NCBI GenBank assembly: GCA_964057225.1
Contig: OZ059900.1
Span: 744,001-808,000, forward strand
Direction of reading: 5' to 3'
Source: Auanema rhodensis
Taxonomy: Eukaryota > Animalia > Nematoda
Length of the DNA stretch: 64,000 nt
The translations under genes and the position numbers were made by a program. Positions 43,401 to 58,400 of the stretch are shown piece after piece. Numbering within the stretch: the first letter of the stretch is position 1; every line of letters starts with the position of its first letter. The notes beneath the pieces were generated by a model. That model ran no database searches. It was not told where the DNA came from and saw only the letters and a program-made list of their open reading frames with translations.

Positions 43401-46400
43401 TTTTCGCTCAAATAGCATTACTACACTAAGTATGGTCGTTTTTATGCCTTTAACACCATATACTCACCGATTTTTGGTACAAAATCTGTAATACTTGTAA
43501 ATTTTGATCATATTCGTTAAGATTCGAAAATCAAACACACAATACACGAAATAAGTTTATTTTTACAAGTTTGCACTGATATTTATTCATTTTGATCAAA
43601 AAAGGTCGAAAATAGAAAGAATTTTTGAAATTTCCGAGTTTTGAGTCCAATTTGGCTAAATCGCTCATATATATGATCAAAAGCATAGTTCTATTGTCTA
43701 TAACAACAAAAGTCTTTAATTAAACGCTAGTGATGTTTTAATACTGAATTTCGCTCAAATAGCATTACTACACTAAGTATGGTCGTTTTTATGCCTTTAA
43801 CACCATATACTCACCGATTTTTGGTACAAAATCTGTAATACTTGTAAATTTTGATCATATTCGTTAAGATTCGAAAATCAAACACACAATACACGAAATA
43901 AGTTTATTTTTACAAGTTTGCACTGATATTTATTCATTTTGATCAAAAAAGGTCGAAAATAGAAAGAATTTTTGAAATTTCCGAGTTTTGAGTCTAATTT
44001 GGCTAAATCGCTCATATATATGATCAGAAGCATAAGTGTATTGTCTATGACAACAAAAGTCATTATTTAAACACTAATGATGTTTAAATCACTAAATTTC
44101 GCTCTAATAGCATTACTACACTAAGTATGGTCGTTTTTATGCCTTTAACACCATATACTCACCGATTTTTGGTACAAAATCTGTAATACTCGTAAATTTT
44201 GATCATATTCGTTAAGATTTGAGAATCAAACACACAATACACAATATCAGTCTATTTTTATGAGCTTGCACTGATATATATTCATTTTGATCGAAAAAGG
44301 TCGAAAACAGAAAGAATTTTTGAAATTTCCGAGTTTTGAGTCTAATTTGGCTAAATCGCTCATTTATATGATCAAAAGCATAGTTTTATTGTCTATGACA
44401 ACAAAAGTCATCAATTAAACGCTAGTGATGTTTAAATACTGATTTTCGCTCAAATAGCATTACTACACTAAGTATGGTCGTTTTTATGCCTTTAACACCA
44501 TATACTCACCGATTTTTGCTACAAAATCTGTAATACTTGTAAATTTTGATCATATTCGTTAAGATTTGAGAATCAAACACATAATACACGAAATAAGTCT
44601 AGTTTTATGAGTTTGCACTGATATTTATTCATTTTGATCAAAAAAGGTCGAAAATAGAAAGAATTTTTGAATTTTCCGAGTTTTGAGTCCAATTGGGCTA
44701 AATCTCTCAAATATATGATCAAAAGCATAGTTTTACTGTCTATGATAACAAAAGTCTTCAAATATACACTAATAATGTGTAAATCACTGAATTTCACTCA
44801 AATAGCATTACTACACTAAGTATGGTCGTTTTTATGCCTTTAACACCATATACTCACCGATTTTTGGTACAAAATCTGTAATACTTGTAAATTTTGATCA
44901 TATTCGTTAAGATTCGAGAATCAAACACATAATACACGAAATAAGTCTAGTTTTATGAGTTTGCACTGATATTTATTCATTTTGATCAAAAAAGGTCGAA
45001 AATAGAAAGAATTTTTGAATTTCCCGAGTTTTGAGTCCAATTGGGCTAAATCTCTCATATATATGATCAAAAGCATAGTTTTACTGTCTATGATAACAAA
45101 AGTCTTCAAATATACACTAATAATGTGTAAATCACTGAATTTCACTCAAATAGCATTACTACACTAAGTATGGTCGTTTTTATGCCTTTAACACCATATA
45201 CTCACCGATTTTTGGTACAAAATCTGTAATACTTGTAAATTTTGATCATATTTGTTAAGATTCGAGAATCGAACACATAATACACGAAATAAGTCTATTT
45301 TTACAAGTTTGCACTGATATTTATTCATTTTGATCAAAAAAGGTCGAAAATAGAAAGAATTTTTGAAATTTCCGAGTTTTGAGTCCAATTTGGCTAAATC
45401 GCTCATATATAAGATCAAAAGCATAGTTTTATTGTCTATAACAACAAAAGTCATCAATTAAACGCTAGTGATATTTAAATACTGATTTTCGCTCAAGTAG
45501 CATTACTACACTAAGTATGGTCGTTTTTATGCCTTTAACACCATATACTCACCGATTTTTGGTACAAAATCTGTAATACTTGTAAATTTTGATCATATTC
45601 GTTAATATTTGAGAATCAAACATACAATACACAAAATCAGTCTATTTTTATGAGCTTGCACTGATATATATTCATTTTGATCAAAAAAGGTCGAAAATAG
45701 AAAGAATTTTCGAAATTTCCGAGTTTTGAGTCTAATTTGGCTAAATCGCTCATATATATGATCAGAAGCATAGTTTTATTGTCTATGACAACAAAAATCA
45801 TCAATTAAACGCTAGTGATGTTTAAATACTGATTTTCGCTCAAATAGCATTACTACACTAAGTATGGTCGTTTTTATGCCTTTAACACCATATACTCACC
45901 GATTTTTGGTACAAAATCTGTAATACTCGTAAAATTTGATCATATTTGTCAAGATTTGAGAATCAAACACACAATACACAAAATCAGTCTATTTTTATGA
46001 GTTTACACTGATATTTATTCATTTTGATCAAAAAAGGTCGAAAATAGAAAGAATTTTTGAAATTTCCGAGTTTTGAGTCTAATTTGGCTAAATCGCTCAT
46101 ATATATGATCAGAAGCATAGTTTTATTGTCTATGACAACAAAAATCATCAATTAAACGCTAGTGATGTTTAAATACTGATTTTCGCTCAAATAGCATTAC
46201 TACACTAAGTATGGTCGTTTTTATGCCTTTAACACCATATACTCACCGATTTTTGGTACAAAATCTGTAATACTTGTAAATTTTGATCATATTCGTTAAG
46301 ATTTGAGAATCAAACATACAATACACAAAATCAGTCTATTTTTATGAGCTTGCACTGATATATATTCATTTTGATCAAAAAAGGTCGAAAATAGAAAGAA

Positions 46401-49400
46401 TTTTTGAAATTTCCGAGTTTTGAGTCTAATTTGGCTAAATCGCTCATATATATGATCAGAAGCATAGTTTTATTGTCTATGACAACAAAAATCATCAATT
46501 AAACGCTAGTGATGTTTAAATACTGATTTTCGCTCAAATAGCATTACTACACTAAGTATGGTCGTTTTTATGCCTTTAACACCATATACTCACCGATTTT
46601 TGGTACAAAATCTGTAATACTCGTAAAATTTGATCATATTTGTTAAGATTTGAGAATCAAACACACAATACACAAAATCAGTCTATTTTTATGAGTTTAC
46701 ACTGATATTTATTCATTTTGATCAAAAAAGGTCGAAAATAGAAAGAATTTTTGAAATTTCCGAGTTTTGAGTCTAATTTGGCTAAATCGCTCATATATAT
46801 GATCAGAAGCATAGTTTTATTGTCTATGACAACAAAAATCATCAATTAAACGCTAGTGATGTTTAAATACTGATTTTCGCTCAAATAGCATTACTACACA
46901 AAGTATGGTCGTTTTTATGCCTTTAACACCATATACTCACCGATTTTTGGTACAAAATCTGTAATACTCGTAAATTTTGATCATATTCGTTAAGATTTGA
47001 GAATCAAACATACAATACACAAAATCAGTCTATTTTTATGAGCTTGCACTGATATATATTCATTTTGATCAAAAAAGGTCGAAAATAGAAAGAATTTTTG
47101 AAATTTCCGAGTTTTGAGTCCAATTTGGCTAAATCGCTCATATATATGATCAAAAGCATAGTTCTATTGTCTATAACAACAAAAGTCTTTAATTAAACGC
47201 TAGTGATGTTTTAATACTGAATTTCGCTCAAATAGCATTACTACACTAAGTATGGTCGTTTTTATGCCTTTAACACCATATACTCACCGATTTTTGGTAC
47301 AAAATCTGTAATACTTGTAAATTTTGATCATATTCGTTAAGATTCGAAAATCAAACACACAATACACGAAATAAGTTTATTTTTACAAGTTTGCACTGAT
47401 ATTTATTCATTTTGATCAAAAAAGGTCGAAAATAGAAAGAATTTTTGAAATTTCCGAGTTTTGAGTCTAATTTGGCTAAATCGCTCATATATATGATCAG
47501 AAGCATAAGTGTATTGTCTATGACAACAAAAGTCATTATTTAAACACTAATGATGTTTAAATCACTAAATTTCGCTCTAATAGCATTACTACACTAAGTA
47601 TGGTCGTTTTTATGCCTTTAACACCATATACTCACCGATTTTTGGTACAAAATCTGTAATACTCGTAAATTTTGATCATATTCGTTAAGATTTGAGAATC
47701 AAACACACAATACACAATATCAGTCTATTTTTATGAGCTTGCACTGATATATATTCATTTTGATCGAAAAAGGTCGAAAACAGAAAGAATTTTTGAAATT
47801 TCCGAGTTTTGAGTCTAATTTGGCTAAATCGCTCATTTATATGATCAAAAGCATAGTTTTATTGTCTATGACAACAAAAGTCATCAATTAAACGCTAGTG
47901 ATGTTTAAATACTGAATTTCGCTCAAATAGCATTACTACACTAAGTATGGTCGTTTTTATGCCTTTAACACCATATACTCACCGATTTTTGGTACAAAAT
48001 CTGTAATACTCGTAAATTTTGATCATATTCGTTCAGATTTGAGAATCAAACATACAATACACAAGATGAGTCTCTTTTTATGAGCTTGCACTGATATATA
48101 TTCATTTTGATCAAAAAAGGTCGAAAATAGAAAGAATTTTTGAAATTTCCGAGTTTTGAGTCTAATTTGGCTAAATCGCTCATTTATATGATCAGAAGCA
48201 TAGTTTTATTGTCTATGACAACAAAAGTCATCAATTAAACGCTAGTGATGTTTAAATACTGATTTTCGCTCAAATAGCATTACTACACTAAGTATGGTCG
48301 TTTTTATGCCTTTAACACCATATACTCACCGATTTTTGGTACAAAATCTGTAATACTTGTAAATTTTGATCATATTCGTTAAGATTCGAGAATCAAACAC
48401 ATAAAACACGAAATAAGTCTAGTTTTATGAGTTTGCACTGATATTTATTCATTTTGATCAAAAAAGGTCGAAAATAGAAAGAATTTTTGAATTTTCCGAG
48501 TTTTGAGTCCAATTGGGCTAAATCTCTCAAATATATGATCAAAAGCATAGTTTTACTGTCTATGATAACAAAAGTCTTCAAATATACACTAATAATGTGT
48601 AAATCACTGAATTTCACTCAAATAGCATTACTACACTAAGTATGGTCGTTTTTATGCCTTTAACACCATATACTCACCGATTTTTGGTACAAAATCTGTA
48701 ATACTTGTAAATTTTGATCATATTCGTTAAGATTCGAGAATCAAACACATAATACACGAAATAAGTCTAGTTTTATGAGCTTGCACTGATATATATTCAT
48801 TTTGATCAAAAAAGGTCGAAAATAGAAAGAATTTTCGAAATTTCCGAGTTTTGAGTCTAATTTGGCTAAATCGCTCATATATATGATCAGAAGCATAGTT
48901 TTATTGTCTATGACAACAAAAATCATCAATTAAACGCTAGTGATGTTTAAATACTGATTTTCGCTCAAATAGCATTACTACACTAAGTATGGTCGTTTTT
49001 ATGCCTTTAACACCATATACTCACCGATTTTTGGTACAAAATCTGTAATACTTGTAAATTTTGATCATATTCGTTAAGATTTGAGAATCAAACATACAAT
49101 ACACAAAATCAGTCTATTTTTATGAGCTTGCACTGATATATATTTATTTTGATCAAAAAAGGTCGAAAATAGAAAGAATTTTCGAAATTTCCGAGTTTTG
49201 AGTCTAATTTGGCTAAATCGCTCATATATATGATCAGAAGCATAGTTTTATTGTCTATGACAACAAAAATCATCAATTAAACGCTAGTGATGTTTAAATA
49301 CTGATTTTCGCTCAAATAGCATTACTACACTAAGTATGGTCGTTTTTATGCCTTTAACACCATATACTCACCGATTTTTGGTACAAAATCTGTAATACTT

Positions 49401-52400
49401 GTAAATTTTGATCATATTCGTTAAGATTCGGAAATCAAACACACAATACACGAAATAAGTTTATTTTTACAAGTTTGCACTGATATTTATTCATTTTGAT
49501 CAAAAAAGGTCGAAAATAGAAAGAATTTTTGAAATTTCCGAGTTTTGAGTCTAATTTGGCTAAATCGCTCATATATATGATCAGAAGCATAGTTTTATTG
49601 TCTATGACAACAAAAATCATCAATTAAACGCTAGTGATGTTTAAATACTGATTTTCGCTCAAATAGCATTACTACACTAAGTATGGTCGTTTTTATGCCT
49701 TTAACACCATATACTCACCGATTTTTGGTACAAAATCTGTAATACTTGTAAATTTTGATCATATTCGTTAAGATTCGGAAATCAAACACACAATACACGA
49801 AATAAGTTTATTTTTACAAGTTTGCACTGATATTTATTCATTTTGATCAAAAAAGGTCGAAAATAGAAAGAATTTTTGAAATTTCCGAGTTTTGAGTCTA
49901 ATTTGGCTAAATCGCTCATATATATGATCAGAAGCATAGTTTTATTGTCTATGACAACAAAAATCATCAATTAAACGCTAGTGATGTTTAAATACTGATT
50001 TTCGCTCAAATAGCATTACTACACTAAGTATGGTCGTTTTTATGCCTTTAACACCATATACTCACCGATTTTTGGTACAAAATCTGTAATACTTGTAAAT
50101 TTTGATCATATTCGTTAAGATTTGAGAATCAAACATACAATACACAAAATCAGTCTATTTTTATGAGCTTGCACTGATATATATTCATTTTGATCAAAAA
50201 AGGTCGAAAATAGAAAGAATTTTTGAAATTTCCGAGTTTTGAGTCTAATTTGGCTAAATCGCTCATATATATGATCAGAAGCATAGTTTTATTGTCTATG
50301 ACAACAAAAATCATCAATTAAACGCTAGTGATGTTTAAATACTGATTTTCGCTCAAATAGCATTACTACACTAAGTATGGTCGTTTTTATGCCTTTAACA
50401 CCATATACTCACCGATTTTTGGTACAAAATCTGTAATACTCGTAAAATTTGATCATATTTGTTAAGATTTGAGAATCAAACACACAATACACAAAATCAG
50501 TCTATTTTTATGAGTTTACACTGATATTTATTCATTTTGATCAAAAAAGGTCGAAAATAGAAAGAATTTTTGAAATTTCCGAGTTTTGAGTCTAATTTGG
50601 CTAAATCGCTCATATATATGATCAGAAGCATAGTTTTATTGTCTATGACAACAAAAATCATCAATTAAACGCTAGTGATGTTTAAATACTGATTTTCGCT
50701 CAAATAGCATTACTACACAAAGTATGGTCGTTTTTATGCCTTTAACACCATATACTCACCGATTTTTGGTACAAAATCTGTAATACTCGTAAATTTTGAT
50801 CATATTCGTTAAGATTTGAGAATCAAACATACAATACACAAAATCAGTCTATTTTTATGAGCTTGCACTGATGTATATTCATTTTGATCAAAAAAGGTCG
50901 AAAATAGAAAGAATTTTTGAAATTTCCGAGTTTTGAGTCTAATTTGGCTAAATCGCTCATATATATGATCAAAAGCATAGTTTTACTGTCTATGATAACA
51001 AAAGTCTTCAAATATACACTAATAATGATTAAATCACTGAATTTCAGTCAAATAGCATTACTACACTAAGTATGGTCGTTTTTATGCCTTTAACACCATA
51101 TACTCACCGATTTTTGGTACAAAATCTGTAATACTTGTAAATTTCGATCATATTTGTTAAGATTCGAGAATCAAACACATAATACACGAAATAAGTCTAT
51201 TTTTACAAGTTTGCACTGATATTTATTCATTTTGATCAAAAAAGGTCGAAAATAGAAAGAATTTTTGAAATTTCCGAGTTTTGAGTTCAATTTGGCTAAA
51301 TCGCTCATATATAAGATCAAAAGCATAGTTTTATTGTCTATAACAACAAAAGTCATTAATTAAACGCTAGTGATATTTAAATACTGATTTTCGCTCAAGT
51401 AGCATTACTACACTAAGTATGGTCGTTTTTATGCCTTTAACACCATATACTCACCGATTTTTGGTACAAAATCTGTAATACTTGTAAATTTTGATCATAT
51501 TCGTTAAGATTTGAGAATCAAACACATAATACAAAAAATAAGTCTATTTTTACAAGTTTGCACTGATATTTATTCATTTTGATCAAAAAAGGTCGAAAAT
51601 AGAAAGAATTTTTGAATTTTCCGAGTTTTGAGTCCAATTGGGCTAAATCTCTCATATATATGATCAAAAGCATAGTTTTACTGTCTATGATAACAAAAGT
51701 CTTCAAATATACACTAATAATGTGTAAATCACTGAATTTCACTCAAATAGCATTACTACACTAAGTATGGTCGTTTTTATGCCTTTAACACCATATACTC
51801 ACCGATTTTTGGTACAAAATCTGTAATACTTGTAAATTTTGATCATATTTGTTAAGATTCGAGAATCGAACACATAATACACGAAATAAGTCTATTTTTA
51901 CAAGTTTGCACTGATATTTATTCATTTTGATCAAAAAAGGTCGAAAATAGAAAGAATTTTTGAAATTTCCGAGTTTTGAGTCCAATTTGGCTAAATCGCT
52001 CATATATAAGATCAAAAGCATAGTTTTATTGTCTATAACAACAAAAGTCATCAATTAAACGCTAGTGATATTTAAATACTGATTTTCGCTCAAATAGCAT
52101 TACTACACTAAGTATGGTCGTTTTTATGCCTTTAACACCATATACTCACCGATTTTTGGTACAAAATCTGTAATACTTGTAAATTTTGATCATATTCGTT
52201 AAGATTCGAAAATCAAACACACAATATACGAAATAAGTTTATTTTTACAAGTTTGCACTGATATTTATTCATTTTGATCAAAAAAGGTCGAAAATAGAAA
52301 GAATTTTTGAAATTTCCGAGTTTTGAGTCCAATTTGGCTAAATCGCTCATATATATGATCAAAAGCATAGTTCTATTGTCTATAACAACAAAAGTCTTTA

Positions 52401-55400
52401 ATTAAACGCTAGTGATGTTTTAATACTGAATTTCGCTCAAATAGCATTACTACACTAAGTATGGTCGTTTTTATGCCTTTAACACCATATACTCACCGAT
52501 TTTTGGTACAAAATCTGTAATACTTGTAAATTTTGATCATATTCGTTAAGATTCGAAAATCAAACACACAATACACGAAATAAGTTTATTTTTACAAGTT
52601 TGCACTGATATTTATTCATTTTGATCAAAAAAGGTCGAAAATAGAAAGAATTTTTGAAATTTCCGAGTTTTGAGTCTAATTTGGCTAAATCGCTCATATA
52701 TATGATCAGAAGCATAAGTGTATTGTCTATGACAACAAAAGTCATTATTTAAACACTAATGATGTTTAAATCACTAAATTTCGCTCTAATAGCATTACTA
52801 CACTAAGTATGGTCGTTTTTATGCCTTTAACACCATATACTCACCGATTTTTGGTACAAAATCTGTAATACTCGTAAATTTTGATCATATTCGTTAAGAT
52901 TTGAGAATCAAACACACAATACACAATATCAGTCTATTTTTATGAGCTTGCACTGATATATATTCATTTTGATCGAAAAAGGTCGAAAACAGAAAGAATT
53001 TTTGAAATTTCCGAGTTTTGAGTCTAATTTGGCTAAATCGCTCATTTATATGATCAAAAGCATAGTTTTATTGTCTATGACAACAAAAGTCATCAATTAA
53101 ACGCTAGTGATGTTTAAATACTGATTTTCGCTCAAATAGCATTACTACACTAAGTATGGTCGTTTTTATGCCTTTAACACCATATACTCACCGATTTTTG
53201 CTACAAAATCTGTAATACTTGTAAATTTTGATCATATTCGTTAAGATTTGAGAATCAAACACATAATACACGAAATAAGTCTAGTTTTATGAGTTTGCAC
53301 TGATATTTATTCATTTTGATCAAAAAAGGTCGAAAATAGAAAGAATTTTTGAATTTTCCGAGTTTTGAGTCCAATTGGGCTAAATCTCTCAAATATATGA
53401 TCAAAAGCATAGTTTTACTGTCTATGATAACAAAAGTCTTCAAATATACACTAATAATGTGTAAATCACTGAATTTCACTCAAATAGCATTACTACACTA
53501 AGTATGGTCGTTTTTATGCCTTTAACACCATATACTCACCGATTTTTGGTACAAAATCTGTAATACTTGTAAATTTTGATCATATTCGTTAAGATTCGAG
53601 AATCAAACACATAATACACGAAATAAGTCTAGTTTTATGAGTTTGCACTGATATTTATTCATTTTGATCAAAAAAGGTCGAAAATAGAAAGAATTTTTGA
53701 ATTTTCCGAGTTTTGAGTCCAATTGGGCTAAATCTCTCATATATATGATCAAAAGCATAGTTTTACTGTCTATGATAACAAAAGTCTTCAAATATACACT
53801 AATAATGTGTAAATCACTGAATTTCACTCAAATAGCATTACTACACTAAGTATGGTCGTTTTTATGCCTTTAACACCATATACTCACCGAGTTTTGGTAC
53901 AAAATCTGTAATACTTGTAAATTTTGATCATATTTGTTAAGATTCGAGAATCGAACACATAATACACGAAATAAGTCTATTTTTACAAGTTTGCACTGAT
54001 ATTTATTCATTTTGATCAAAAAAGGTCGAAAATAGAAAGAATTTTTGAAATTTCCGAGTTTTGAGTCCAATTTGGCTAAATCGCTCATATATAAGATCAA
54101 AAGCATAGTTTTATTGTCTATAACAACAAAAGTCATCAATTAAACGCTAGTGATATTTAAATACTGATTTTCGCTCAAATAGCATTACTACACTAAGTAT
54201 GGTCGTTTTTATGCCTTTAACACCATATACTCACCGATTTTTGGTACAAAATCTGTAATACTTGTAAATTTTGATCATATTCGTTAAGATTCGAAAATCA
54301 AACACACAATACACGAAATAAGTTTATTTTTACAAGTTTGCACTGATATTTATTCATTTTGATCAAAAAAGGTCGAAAATAGAAAGAATTTTTGAAATTT
54401 CCGAGTTTTGAGTCCAATTTGGCTAAATCGCTCATATATATGATCAAAAGCATAGTTCTATTGTCTATAACAACAAAAGTCTTTAATTAAACGCTAGTGA
54501 TGTTTTAATACTGAATTTCGCTCAAATAGCATTACTACACTAAGTATGGTCGTTTTTATGCCTTTAACACCATATACTCACCGATTTTTGGTACAAAATC
54601 TGTAATACTTGTAAATTTTGATCATATTCGTTAAGATTCGAAAATCAAACACACAATACACGAAATAAGTTTATTTTTACAAGTTTGCACTGATATTTAT
54701 TCATTTTGATCAAAAAAGGTCGAAAATAGAAAGAATTTTTGAAATTTCCGAGTTTTGAGTCTAATTTGGCTAAATCGCTCATATATATGATCAGAAGCAT
54801 AAGTGTATTGTCTATGACAACAAAAGTCATTATTTAAACACTAATGATGTTTAAATCACTAAATTTCGCTCTAATAGCATTACTACACTAAGTATGGTCG
54901 TTTTTATGCCTTTAACACCATATACTCACCGATTTTTGGTACAAAATCTGTAATACTCGTAAATTTTGATCATATTCGTTAAGATTTGAGAATCAAACAC
55001 ACAATACACAATATCAGTCTATTTTTATGAGCTTGCACTGATATATATTCATTTTGATCGAAAAAGGTCGAAAACAGAAAGAATTTTTGAAATTTCCGAG
55101 TTTTGAGTCTAATTTGGCTAAATCGCTCATTTATATGATCAAAAGCATAGTTTTATTGTCTATGACAACAAAAGTCATCAATTAAACGCTAGTGATGTTT
55201 AAATACTGATTTTCGCTCAAATAGCATTACTACACTAAGTATGGTCGTTTTTATGCCTTTAACACCATATACTCACCGATTTTTGCTACAAAATCTGTAA
55301 TACTTGTAAATTTTGATCATATTCGTTAAGATTTGAGAATCAAACACATAATACACGAAATAAGTCTAGTTTTATGAGTTTGCACTGATATTTATTTATT

Positions 55401-58400
55401 TTGATCAAAAAAGGTCGAAAATAGAAAGAATTTTTGAATTTTCCGAGTTTTGAGTCCAATTGGGCTAAATCTCTCAAATATATGATCAAAAGCATAGTTT
55501 TACTGTCTATGATAACAAAAGTCTTCAAATATACACTAATAATGTGTAAATCACTGAATTTCACTCAAATAGCATTACTACACTAAGTATGGTCGTTTTT
55601 ATGCCTTTAACACCATATACTCACCGATTTTTGGTACAAAATCTGTAATACTTGTAAATTTTGATCATATTCGTTAAGATTCGAGAATCAAACACATAAT
55701 ACACGAAATAAGTCTAGTTTTATGAGTTTGCACTGATATTTATTCATTTTGATCAAAAAAGGTCGAAAATAGAAAGAATTTTTGAATTTTCCGAGTTTTG
55801 AGTCCAATTGGGCTAAATCTCTCATATATATGATCAAAAGCATAGTTTTACTGTCTATGATAACAAAAGTCTTCAAATATACACTAATAATGTGTAAATC
55901 ACTGAATTTCACTCAAATAGCATTACTACACTAAGTATGGTCGTTTTTATGCCTTTAACACCATATACTCACCGATTTTTGGTACAAAATCTGTAATACT
56001 TGTAAATTTTGATCATATTTGTTAAGATTAGAGAATCGAACACATAATACACGAAATAAGTCTATTTTTACAAGTTTGCACTGATATTTATTCATTTTGA
56101 TCAAAAAAGGTCGAAAATAGAAAGAATTTTTGAAATTTCCGAGTTTTGAGTCCAATTTGGCTAAATCGCTCATATATAAGATCAAAAGCATAGTTTTATT
56201 GTCTATAACAACAAAAGTCATCAATTAAACGCTAGTGATATTTAAATACTGATTTTCGCTCAAGTAGCATTACTACACTAAGTATGGTCGTTTTTATGCC
56301 TTTAACACCATATACTCACCGATTTTTGGTACAAAATCTGTAATACTTGTAAATTTTGATCATATTCGTTAAGATTTGAGAATCAAACATACAATACACA
56401 AAATCAGTCTATTTTTATGAGCTTGCACTGATATATATTCATTTTGATCAAAAAAGGTCGAAAATAGAAAGAATTTTCGAAATTTCCGAGTTTTGAGTCT
56501 AATTTGGCTAAATCGCTCATATATATGATCAGAAGCATAGTTTTATTGTCTATGACAACAAAAATCATCAATTAAACGCTAGTGATGTTTAAATACTGAT
56601 TTTCGCTCAAATAGCATTACTACACTAAGTATGGTCGTTTTTATGCCTTTAACACCATATACTCACCGATTTTTGGTACAAAATCTGTAATACTCGTAAA
56701 ATTTGATCATATTTGTTAAGATTTGAGAATCAAACACACAATACACAAAATCAGTCTATTTTTATGAGTTTACACTGATATTTATTCATTTTGATCAAAA
56801 AAGGTCGAAAATAGAAAGAATTTTTGAAATTTCCGAGTTTTGAGTCTAATTTGGCTAAATCGCTCATATATATGATCAGAAGCATAGTTTTATTGTCTAT
56901 GACAACAAAAATCATCAATTAAACGCTAGTGATGTTTAAATACTGATTTTCGCTCAAATAGCATTACTACACAAAGTATGGTCGTTTTTATGCCTTTAAC
57001 ACCATATACTCACCGATTTTTGGTACAAAATCTGTAATACTCGTAAAATTTGATCATATTTGTCAAGATTTGAGAATCAAACACACAATACACAAAATCA
57101 GTCTATTTTTATGAGTTTACACTGATATTTATTCATTTTGATCAAAAAAGGTCGAAAATAGAAAGAATTTTTGAAATTTCCGAGTTTTGAGTCTAATTTG
57201 GCTAAATCGCTCATATATATGATCAGAAGCATAGTTTTATTGTCTATGACAACAAAAATCATCAATTAAACGCTAGTGATGTTTAAATACTGATTTTCGC
57301 TCAAATAGCATTACTACACTAAGTATGGTCGTTTTTATGCCTTTAACACCATATACTCACCGATTTTTGGTACAAAATCTGTAATACTTGTAAATTTTGA
57401 TCATATTCGTTAAGATTTGAGAATCAAACATACAATACACAAAATCAGTCTATTTTTATGAGCTTGCACTGATATATATTCATTTTGATCAAAAAAGGTC
57501 GAAAATAGAAAGAATTTTTGAAATTTCCGAGTTTTGAGTCTAATTTGGCTAAATCGCTCATATATATGATCAGAAGCATAGTTTTATTGTCTATGACAAC
57601 AAAAATCATCAATTAAACGCTAGTGATGTTTAAATACTGATTTTCGCTCAAATAGCATTACTACACTAAGTATGGTCGTTTTTATGCCTTTAACACCATA
57701 TACTCACCGATTTTTGGTACAAAATCTGTAATACTCGTAAAATTTGATCATATTTGTTAAGATTTGAGAATCAAACACACAATACACAAAATCAGTCTAT
57801 TTTTATGAGTTTACACTGATATTTATTCATTTTGATCAAAAAAGGTCGAAAATAGAAAGAATTTTTGAAATTTCCGAGTTTTGAGTCTAATTTGGCTAAA
57901 TCGCTCATATATATGATCAGAAGCATAGTTTTATTGTCTATGACAACAAAAATCATAAATTAAACGCTAGTGATGTTTAAATACTGATTTTCGCTCAAAT
58001 AGCATTACTACACAAAGTATGGTCGTTTTTATGCCTTTAACACCATATACTCACCGATTTTTGGTACAAAATCTGTAATACTCGTAAATTTTGATCATAT
58101 TCGTTAAGATTTGAGAATCAAACATACAATACACAAAATCAGTCTATTTTTATGAGCTTGCACTGATATATATTCATTTTGATCAAAAAAGGTCGAAAAT
58201 AGAAAGAATTTTTGAAATTTCCGAGTTTTGAGTCCAATTTGGCTAAATCGCTCATATATATGATCAAAAGCATAGTTCTATTGTCTATAACAACAAAAGT
58301 CTTTAATTAAACGCTAGTGATGTTTTAATACTGAATTTCGCTCAAATAGCATTACTACACTAAGTATGGTCGTTTTTATGCCTTTAACACCATATACTCA

